20,000 nucleotides of DNA from Chiloscyllium plagiosum (lineage: Eukaryota). The notes under the pieces are model-generated. The model made no database searches. It was not told where the DNA came from and saw nothing but the letters and a program-made list of their open reading frames with translations. A program made the position numbers and the translations under genes. Shown here piece by piece: positions 11,123-20,000 of this stretch; position 1 is the stretch's first letter; every line of letters begins with the position of its first letter. The stretch covers positions 91,590,869 to 91,610,868 of the forward strand of contig NC_057718.1 of NCBI RefSeq assembly GCF_004010195.1. The letters are read 5' to 3'.

Positions 11123-12300
11123 TTTGAAATGAGTGACAAAATCAAGTCAGGATGTGACATGATGATGTTCAATGTTTGTCAAATTTGTGAACTGTTTATC
11201 TCTATATATTTACAAAGCTCCTCTGTTGAATAGATTGTTTTTGAACTGTGTGGTTCACTTTGATAGCAATGTGCCTGAAGGATAGGATGATATCTTTTCT
11301 GCTGAATTATTGTTTGGACATGTCCTTGGCAAGCATTGTCAAGATTTGTGATAGGGCAACAAAATGTGAATGGTCTTTTGTATCTTTGGGTCTACCTTCA
11401 GGTTTAGGTTAAACAGGGGCTGGTAGATTAATTAAGGTCCTTAACTTAGCTGTCTTGACTTCCACACTTACAATTTAGCTCTTATTTCAACTTTCCAGCC
11501 TGTTCAACCAATATTACTTCTGGCAGTCTTCCATCTCCTGAGATGATTGTTCGCACTATACTGGTCAATTCTGTATGAAATATCGCCTAGTCTGGCTTGG
11601 TCCTATTTTGATATGTACTTGCTGCAGAGAAACATAATAGCCTGCAAAGGTGCATGATTTATTGACCTCTGTTTTCTCTGGACACTTGCCTCAGCCATTT
11701 CAGCTCTTTTCTTTTGCTAGCCTTTTTCAGTGACTTTCTAAACAGTCAGCTTCCAGAGGTTGCGGTTACCACTGACGGATGCCTCGTTGCTAGTGTCAGT
11801 ATACAACTTCTTATTATCTCACTTTCAGGGGTTCTTGTAGTGGAAGTATAGAAACCTCAGATGTCATGACTCTATGGCCAACTAGATGTTCAGAATGTCT
11901 TTGGGCCACAGCTGCCATCTATCCAATGTATTCGCAATGGAACTTCACAAAGAATCAGCATGCTCCTGGACCTCTGATCATCTTGGCCTGTCACAGGATG
12001 CCAAAGTCACATCTGAGACAGTGAAGATTGAGCTGTTCGGCCTTTTCTCCTGTCTAGCACATATTGACCAGGTCGCACCATTGTGAAAGAGTCGTAGACT
12101 CACCATTTGATGTTTTTAGTCAAGTTCCTGTTATTTCACACGCATTTACTCAGCTTACATATAACAACTGCATCACAAAAGTTGCAATAGTTAGTCTCAG
12201 CATCAAGGCATAGATTGCCAGTGAGTGTTCACCCTAGTTATACAGCTATCAATAACCTCCAGCATTATCACTACTGTTAGATGGAAGCCTTCTGCAATAG

Positions 12301-12405
12301 TTTTAATCAACCTGTGCCAACATGTTAGTACACACCTTCAGGGAGAGATGGGAAAAGAACACAGACCTTTTGATCCAGAGGTAGGAACACTATCACTGTC
12401 CACAA
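12301..12405 (-). mobile_element. Short tRNA-derived SINE-like copy inserted in the RTE
   Basis: The minus strand reads gttgtggacagtgatagtgttcctacctctggatcaaaaggtctgtgttc...aacatgttggcacaggttgattaaaa. It breaks RTE collinearity and resembles 17648-17773. Confidence 0.55.
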
Positions 12406-12718
12406 CATCCTGGATCATGTCATTTGTCTTCCTGGTGCTGACAACCAAATCAAACTCATGACACTTATGAGGGAGTCTGTGCAATTGCTGCTGCAGCTGT
12501 TCATCCACTCATGTGGCATCATCAGCATAAAACAACTCTTTGAGAACTCAGGGGAGTCAGACTGAACGATTTTCCATCAGTATCAACGTAGACACTCTCT
12601 GTGGATCACTAACAAAGATAGAATGTGCCAAAGAGTGTTGGAATAAGACCACAAACTTCTGAGTCCACAGTGATGCTCAAATGATGCTGCTCAGTCATAG
12701 CTGACCTTACCCATTATG

Positions 12719-12951
12719 CTTGAGTTGCAAAGTGTGGCACTGAAAAAGTACAACAGGTCAGGTGGCATCCGAGGAGCAGGAGAGTCACATTTCGGGCATA
12801 AGCCCTTTATTCCTGATGAAGGGCTTATGCCCAAAATGTTGAGTCTCCTGATCCTTGGATGCTGCCTGACCTGCTGTGCTTTTCCAGTGTCACACCTTTA
12901 GACTCTCACTCTCCAGCATCCGGAGTCCTTACTTTCTGTTTTTCTCTCTCT
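12719..12951. mobile_element. Palindromic non-autonomous repeat, probably Penelope-like-element derived, with a degenerate hammerhead core
   Basis: Inverted arms at 12732-12807 and 12819-12895 with an 11-nt loop. CTGATGA-A-GGGC-TTAT-GCCC-AAAA at 12813-12836. Flanked by the imperfect duplication cttacccattatg (12706-12718) / cttactcatcatg (12952-12964). Confidence 0.7.
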
Positions 12952-13650
12952 CTTACTCATCATGTTGTCTTGGAAAAAGAAGTTAGTATTGAGCAACTTT
13001 AAAGGCGGCCAATTGTCCTGCTTAATTAGATCACCTCTGCTCAAGTAGTCAAATTTCTTGATGACATTAGTAAAATATATAATAGTCTCCTTTGCTCTCA
13101 ACATTTCCCTTGTAAATGCTGGACTGAGCAGATCATGTCAATTGTCGATCTTCCAGTTCTGAAAGCTCACTGAGATTTGGTGTAAATGTGTTTAGCTGAG
13201 ATCTGCAGCTGACCAGGGCAATATTTGCAAATACTTTTTCTTCAATGTTCAGCAGTAAGATGCCCTGATAGTAATAGCAATCATTTCAGATTCCTTGTTC
13301 TTGTGTAGAGTCATAAAAAGGGAACTGATGCAGATGTTACAGGTGTGTTGGTTTCCCAATGATTACCCAGTGAGGTATCAGCATTTACAGCTTTGTTCAC
13401 AGCAAGCAAGTCAATAGCCAACTTTTTTTCCGTATTTGCTTCCCATATGTTGAGAGGGATAGTGTAGATGATCTCTTGAAGTACATAATGTTTCAATTCT
13501 GTACTCTGTACAGCAATGTGGATAGTGCCTGTTAAATCGAGTCATGAAGCTCTTGTATTTTATCTGTGTGGACAGTATGGTTTATGACAAAATGACCACC
13601 ATATTTTGTCTTTGAATGAAAATGGTTGCATCCTCATGGTAATGCATAAC

Positions 13651-13756
13651 CTGAAGCTGCCATTGTCGTTGTCAGCTCTGTGGTAGGTGTAAATATTGAA
13701 AATGTTGTTCAGTCAGTCATGTCACTGAAGTGAATAGCCAGCTTGGTTCCAATATC
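13651..13756 (-). other. Candidate 106-nt exon, non-coding or 5'-UTR-like
   Basis: Acceptor gtctgtacttgttttcAG|G and a weaker donor CAG|GTTATG. All frames contain stops. acaATGg lies 13 nt before the donor. Confidence 0.2.
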
Positions 13757-14208
13757 CTGAAAACAAGTACAGACTACTTAAAATTTTCTGCAATGTTACT
13801 TGTAGTTTAGGTACTATTATGAGCTCCGACAAGTTTTAGCGCAAGCTCACATTAATGTGATGATAAAATAACAAAGGAGTTGGAAGATAGAATATATCTA
13901 TCATGAATTGAATGTTTGCAAGCTGATCCTCGATTGCATTATTAAGTACAATTCAGTGAACTTTCAATCTTAGTAAGTGTGGCAGCAAAGTTTAAAATGT
14001 TTTAATTAATGTTTTCATTTACATAAATAACCAATTTTGAATCCTTGATTTAATTAGCAGCTCATATTCCTTTGTGGCCAATCTACTTTTGCTTATTATA
14101 AATATTTTTGAATGATAGGTATGAGAGAATAGGCATTACAACATGTTTAGATTATGGAGTTGTGTATATAGTTCTTTAATATGTCATGTGATGTGAACTT
14201 CATTGACA

Positions 14209-14308
14209 GGATAAGCAATTATTGTCCATCCTTAATTTCTTTAGTTCCTTTGAACTGAATTTTTGCCAGACCATGTTAGAGGGCAATTAGTAAACTGTGG
14301 GTCCAGAA
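14209..14308 (-). mobile_element. Degraded fragment of a common repeat (probably a LINE 3' end)
   Basis: attattgtccatccttaatt...ttgaactga...agagggcaatta resembles a shark repeat known only from recall. Confidence 0.35.
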
Positions 14309-14599
14309 TAAAACAGAGCACATATAGAACATAAATATTTACAATGGAGATGTGAAAAACAGCATTGAAACAAGACATAATATTTCCTAAAATCTGTTGC
14401 TTTGTTCATAAGGGAAAGCATCCTTTTCACCCCATATATTTGGAGTACATCATGTCAGAATGCAAATCAAGTGAAAAATTGCACACGTTTAAGCTCATTG
14501 AGAGATCTTTGTTGGACATGTATCATAGCCTACACATGCAACATGAAGCATTTAGTCCATTTAGAATTATGACCCAAATAATGTGTTACACTGTTCCAG

Positions 14600-16575
14600 C
14601 ACAAACCCCCTGCTCATGTATTCAATGCCTTTGCTAATAAAGGCAAGTATCCAAAATGCCTTCTTAACCACCTTATCTCCCTGCTGTGCTATCTTCAGGG
14701 ATCTTTGGATATGCGCACCTAGGTTCCTCTGATCTTTCTTTCCAGAGTTCTACCATTAATAGTGTAATTTGTTGCCTTATTAGCTCTTCACATTCCTTCA
14801 CATATTTTTCCAAGGTTGAATTCCATTTGCCACTGCTTTGCCTGCCTGACTAGTCCATTGATATCCTCCTGCTGTTTCCAGATATCCTTCTCACTATTTA
14901 TCACCCTAACAACTGATGTGTTGTTGACCATACCCCCTACATTTAAGTTCAAATTATTAATGTCATTTCAAGCAGCAGGGGCCCCAACACTGAGACCTGT
15001 AGAGCTCCATTGGAAATGGGTGTCCAGTCACAGAAACATCCCTCTACCATCACCCTCTACTTTCTGCTTCTCAGCCAATTTTGGATCCACTGCACCGCTT
15101 TGTCTTGGATTCCATGGGCTCTTACTTTCTTGACCAGTCTACCATTAGGCACCTTATCAAAAGCCTTGTCGACCACATGAAATGCATTTACTCTTATCAA
15201 CTTGGAGTTACCTCAAATTTGTCAAATACAATTATCACTTAACAAATCCAAGCTGAATGTTCCCATTTAATCTGTGTCTCTTAAAATATATTCTGTCCCT
15301 TAGAATTCTTTGTAATAATGTCCCACCATTGATATAGACTGACTGGCTGACAATATTGTGGTCTCTCCCTTCCTGTCTTTTTTAATAATTGGACAATGTA
15401 AGACTCCTCCAGTCTCTTTGCCCCTCTCCATGGCAAGAGAGGATTTTAAAAGCTCCTGCCAGGGCCCTTGATATCTCCTCCCTCAACAGCATAGGATTCA
15501 TCTTTTAAGGCTTATAAACATGCTAATTCCTCCTTTTCTCTGTGTTAATTTATCTTAAAATTTCACAGTGCTCCACCCAGATGTCCAGGCCTGTGTTGTC
15601 CTTTACATTGTGAAGACCCAATGCAAAGTCTTATTTTGAGAACTATGGCTACATCTTCCAGGTCCACATACAGATTATCTCTATCGCCACTAACAGGCTA
15701 TACTCCTTCTCTAGTTGTGCTGTTTATTTATTTTTTGTTTTTTCCTTATTCTATCAACCAATACTTTCTCATGCATCATCTTAGCACCGTCCAATTTCCC
15801 TATTAAGTACCTCACCCACTGCACTTTTGATCCTCAAAGGACTCTGCCAAATTGACTAGCCAGTATCTTCCATAAGTTTTTTTCCCTAATGCTAATGTTT
15901 ATGTCCCTTGACATTCTGGGTTCACCAAACTTGGTCTCACCCTTTGTCACTTTGGGAGCATATTTGCCTGTTTTTTCAGTATTTCCTTCTTGGATGCTTC
16001 CCACTGTTTTGATAGTTTAACTTGCAAGTATCTGCTCCCAGTCTACTTGGACCAAATTGTAAACTGAGTAAAACTAGCCTTTTCCCAGTTTAGAACTTTT
16101 ATACCTGACCTATATCCTTATACTTTTCAATAACACTCTTAAATCCAAGTGATTGCTAGTCACTATCTCCAAAAGGTTTTCTTCCTAATATGCCTTTCAC
16201 CTGCAAGGGCTCATTTCCGAATATTAGGCCCAGAACTGCCCCCTCTATTGCTGGCCTTTCTATGTACTGTACTGGCTAATGATGTTTACTGGATGCGATA
16301 TAAGAATTTTTTGCCCTCCCTACCATGCATGCAAAAACCAATATTATAAGCCAGTCAGTCTAACATTAATGTTGGGCAAGTTATTATTTGTGTAGTTAAG
16401 ATCCCTACTAATATTTTATTATTACATATTTCTGAAATTTGACCACATATTTGTTTCTCCATCTCTCCATGACTATTTGGGAGCCCTTGGTACACACCAA
16501 GATATTTGCTCCTTATGTGAGTTTTAATTCTGCCCACATAGCCTCATTTGATGATCCATCCAAGATATCAGCTAG
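14600..16575 (-). mobile_element. Old, internally deleted CR1 LINE ORF2 (endonuclease through RT)
   Basis: Minus strand: YLGVYQGLPNS...EKQIC (ORF 16355..16537, like the endonuclease GVxYRPPNS motif), KAFDKVP (15167-15147) and SVLGPLL (~14993-14973). Confidence 0.8.
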
Positions 16576-17647
16576 ATTTACCACTATAATTGATTCTTTG
16601 GTTATTCCAGGCCTTTGAAGTACCTAATACATTTGAAGGTGCTTGAAAGTCTAAAGAGCTTGAGTTAAGTGTCTTTAAAACATGAATGCTTTCTCCAGGC
16701 CCATCCGACTGCTCAGGAAATCTCTCACCAACTCTAGCTACTCTTGCACTAACCTAAACACTATCAGACTTTCCCTCCACCAGGTCACTATTGTAACTTC
16801 TTCTCCTCTGATTTTACCCTCCCTACCAGCCTGATCTAATCTGCTTGTCTGTAGACCTTTGTTGCTCATTTCATACTCAACAAGACACCAACCTTGTCAG
16901 TTAGGCTAGTATATAGGCAGGAAACTGACAGGGGAAAGAAATTGGAAAAGGTCTAATTAAAAACTGCAAAATATTCAGGAAGCTTGCTCTTTTGGGCTTT
17001 TCACCTATCAACCTCCGTTCCACCATCAATCTCATCATCTTCACAACCAGGCTAAAATCCAGGCCACAGTGTTTAAACCAGCAAGTGTTACATCATTCCA
17101 AACCAAATTTGATGCAGAAACAGAAGTAAAAGGAGGGAGAGAAATATACGATTGAGAAAATGAGAGGGAATAAATCAGGAGAAGTACTTTTTAAAAATTG
17201 TTAATGTAAAGTTCCAATAGTGATTAAAATCTAATGGACTTCAATTTGACACTTGCAATTTTCAAGGCCTTAGCAGTAATTAAACCTCATTACAGCATCA
17301 AAAATTTAATTGGCGAGAAATGAATATACTCCAACATTTTCTGGTGAATTTTGTGGCTGTTTATCACATACGCTCTAACCTTTCCTGATATGTTTAATGT
17401 AATTATCACATACGTACCATCATTCCATATATTGATTGTTTAGTCTCTTAACGAGACATCATATCTTTGGGAGGAATAAGGAATTCAGACAGCACCTTTC
17501 TAATTTTGAGAGTTAATTATGTTCATGTGATCACTTGCTGTCTGATATACTCCATAATAAGGATGAGCATTGACAGCCTCGTTGTTATTTTGAGTGAAAA
17601 TTTTGATCATTAATTGCTTCATGATAGACCCCACTATATTATTGTGG

Positions 17648-17773
17648 GTGGTTTGTAGTGCAATAATAACATCTCTAGCTCTGGGCTAGAAGATCCTGGT
17701 ACAGGTCCCACATCAGGAATTGTTTGCAATAGCATGAGAGTTTATAACATGGTTTAATGGAGTGATCATCAAC
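17648..17773 (+). mobile_element. Degraded tRNA-derived SINE-like element
   Basis: A-box-like tagtgcaataa (17656-17666) and B-box-like ggtacaggtcc (17698-17708) at tRNA-like spacing. Similar to the reverse complement of 12301-12405. Confidence 0.5.
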
Positions 17774-17775
17774 TT

Positions 17776-17819
17776 GGGGGCGGGGGGGGGATCTTTCCAC
17801 CTCTTTCCACCTCTTTCCC
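17776..17819. repeat. G-run followed by a 10-bp tandem repeat (~3 copies)
   Basis: ggggg c ggggggggg, then atctttccac ctctttccac ctctttccc. Confidence 0.85.
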
Positions 17820-18310
17820 AGAAAGGGAGGAAAAAGTATCTGTCAGATGCTACAGTTAAAACAAAAGTGCTTCTATTTTTAGTTTAGAAAGTAGCACAAA
17901 ATTAAATAGCGGATACTTGCAGATTGGATGTGTGTTTATTGCTAAGGTAAATTGTTATGAAAAGAAGACCATGCAAGTATTCCTCAATTTTACATGGAGA
18001 ACTGCCAGCTTAAAAAAAAACAGCTCAAGATACTTCAGACAGCAAATTATTTCATTGGACTGCAATGACTCATTATGTAGGGAAACACAGCATTCAAACT
18101 GTTTCAACAACATTGAAGAAAAAACTAAGATGTTAAAAACTAATTGTGAACGTTTTTTGGGTACTTTCAAGCATATGAAATTGACAGGCAGGTTTAAACG
18201 GCTGACAGGTCCAACAGGCATAGCTCAGGTTGTAAATTTACATTTATTCTAATGACTGCAGCACCATGACGAGACACTTCCCCTCCCACTATCCCTCATG
18301 ATATACATAC

Positions 18311-18770
18311 AAACATGGAAAACATGGACAGGAGTAGGTCATTCAGCCCTTCAATCCTGCTCTACTTCCTCAATCTAATTGTGGCTGTTCATCAACTCAG
18401 CACCTTATTCCCACTTTCTCCCCATGCATTTGATCCCTCTAGTCCTGTGACCCTAGATCTAACTCCTTTTTGAAAGCATGTAATGATTTTATCTCAACCA
18501 CTTGCGTTAGAAAATTCCAAAGCTCAGCGCCTTCTGGTTGAAGAAGTTTTTCATAATTTCAGTTTTAAATGGACTGTCCCATATTCTGAGGTTGTGACCC
18601 ATAATTCATGACTCTCCAATCATCAGGAACATCTTTCCTGTGTTTACCTGATCTACTCCTGTTAAACGTTTACAGGTTTCTATGAGATCAGTTTGATAAA
18701 CAATTGTTGTACTACCTCTCGAACCAGGTCATCCTTCCTCACGTAAGGAGACCACATATATAGTACATAT
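18311..18770 (-). mobile_element. CR1-clade LINE 3' portion, antisense, with an internal deletion near 18690
   Basis: caggagtaggtcattcagccc is the reverse complement of the 3' UTR motif at 5650-5671. Further matches to 5305-5480 follow, then a WSPYVRKD-type segment at ~18757-18732. Confidence 0.8.
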
Positions 18771-18817
18771 AATATCCTGAAAGAGGCAAAACGTTATAAT
18801 AGTGTCTAAGAGCATAC

Positions 18818-19431
18818 TATTGAGTACAGGAGTTGGGAGGTCTTGTTGCGGGTGTACAAGACATTGGTTTGGCCAATTTTGGAATATTGTGTGCAATTCT
18901 GGGCTCCTTCCTATTGGAAGGATGTTGTGAAACTTGAAAGGGTTTAGAAAAGATTTACAAGGATGTTACCAGGGTTGGAGGATTTAAGTTATAGGGAGAG
19001 GTTGAATAGGCTAGGGTTGTTTTCCCTGGAGCGTCAGAGGCTGAGGGGTGACCTTATAGAGGTTTATAAAATAATGAGGGGCATGGATAAGGTAAATAGA
19101 CAAAGTATTTTCCCTGGGACGGGGGAATCCAGAACTAGAGGGCATAGGTTTAGGGTGAGAGAGAAAAATATGAAAGATACCTAAGGGGAACTTTTTCACA
19201 CAGAGGGTGATGCATGTATGGAATGAGCTGCCAGAGGAAGTGGTGGAGACTAGTACAATTGCAATATTTAAAAGGCGTTTAGATGAGTATATGTATAAGA
19301 AGGGTTTGGAGGGATATGGGCCGGCTGCTAGCAGGTGGGACTAGATTAGGTTGGGATATTTGATCGGCATGGACGAGTTTGACCAAAAGGTGTGTTTCTG
19401 TGCTGTACATCTCTATGACTCTATGACTCTA
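18818..19431 (+). mobile_element. 5'-truncated CR1 LINE, same subfamily as 10615-11122
   Basis: IEYRSWEVLLRVYKTLVWPILEYCVQFW and ORF 18963..19184 (LRGDLIEVYKIMRG). Tail (ctctatga)x2.5 at 19411-19431. Confidence 0.93.
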
Positions 19432-19677
19432 AATAGGAACAGATGTAGGCCTTAGGTCCTCTTATGCATGCTTCACCAGTCAGCAACACTATGACTGATC
19501 TGATCTAATCTGGGCATCAGCGATATGTTGCTGGCAACTCCTATGACTCTTGATTTCCTATCTTATTCAAGTACTGGTCATTCTCAGCCTTGAATTTAGT
19601 CAATAATTCAGCCTCTGCTGCTCTTTGGGGCAGAGAAATCCAAAGTTTCATGACCCACTGAGAAACAGTCATTTCCA
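19432..19677 (-). mobile_element. Older CR1-clade 3'-end fragment, antisense
   Basis: ORF 19541..19750 contains WVMKLWISLPQRAAEA...FKAENDQYL. ataggaacagatgtaggcc is the antisense 3' UTR end. Confidence 0.75.
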
Positions 19678-19950
19678 ATCGGGAAGGAGTTGCAATGAGA
19701 GTCCTCAACATTGACTCCAGACCCTCTTGAATCTCATGACATAATGTCAAACATGGATGAGGGAACCTTCTGCTGATTACAGCCTACTGCTCACATCCCC
19801 TCACCTGGTGAGTCAATACATTCCATGAGGAATACCATTTGGAGTAAGCACTGAGGGTGGCAAGAGTTCAGTATGTACCTTGATTGAGAAACTTCAAGAT
19901 CCATCACCAAGAGTGGCTTGTTAACATAGCTACTGACTGGCTACTGAGGA
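19678..19950 (+). mobile_element. Degraded endonuclease fragment of the second CR1/L2-group LINE family
   Basis: VLNIDSRP, NLLLITAY and NFKIHHQEWL (19890-19919, like the APE GDFNxHH motif). Confidence 0.65.
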
Positions 19951-20000
19951 GATGTTGTGGCTCATCAGCAGCAGGAGAATTATATTCATGCATGATCTGT

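Larger units (their letters stand above)
11570..13430 (-). mobile_element. Decayed RTE-clade LINE (RT domain and C-terminus), interrupted by two insertions
   Basis: Minus-strand motifs appear in the expected order: AIDLLAVNKA, TLHKNK, KKFDYLSR...PPLKLL...FQDNMM, PTLFGTF, KELFYADDA (YADD 12529-12518), TWSICARQEKR...LHCLR, PKDIL. Confidence 0.8.

Noticed and set aside
10250..11560. Possible very old minus-strand LINE flanking the 10615-11122 CR1
   Set aside because: Only one weak motif (MPLFK near 10546-10560), too little to call.
17791..17819. Direct repeats as a CRISPR-like array
   Set aside because: 10-bp tandem units with no spacers, in eukaryotic DNA.
17923..17946. Possible 24-nt microexon IGCVFIAK, inside ORF 17917..18252
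   Set aside because: The donor is good but there is almost no pyrimidine tract and an AG lies just upstream. The ORF resembles nothing I recognise.

Overview
AT-rich vertebrate genomic DNA, intronic or intergenic. The repeat families resemble those I recall from cartilaginous fish (shark/ray); that taxon call is an inference. There is no intact protein-coding gene, RNA gene, CRISPR array or prokaryotic system. Roughly half the window is transposon debris: several 5'-truncated CR1-clade LINE copies on both strands with two 3'-tail types, fragments of a second CR1/L2-group LINE, a decayed minus-strand RTE-clade LINE, two tRNA-derived SINE-like copies and a 229-bp Tigger/pogo-like MITE. There is also a 508-N assembly gap. 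Most supplied ORFs are LINE fragments, their antisense frames or chance ORFs. The most notable items are: (1) a ~230-bp palindromic insertion at 12719-12951 with a mutated minimal hammerhead-ribozyme core, Penelope-like; (2) a ~195-codon decayed minus-strand frame at 75-893 that only appears once the MITE is removed; (3) candidate small exons on both strands and a TAAT-rich stretch at about 1650-2200. Repeat boundaries were judged by eye and are approximate.
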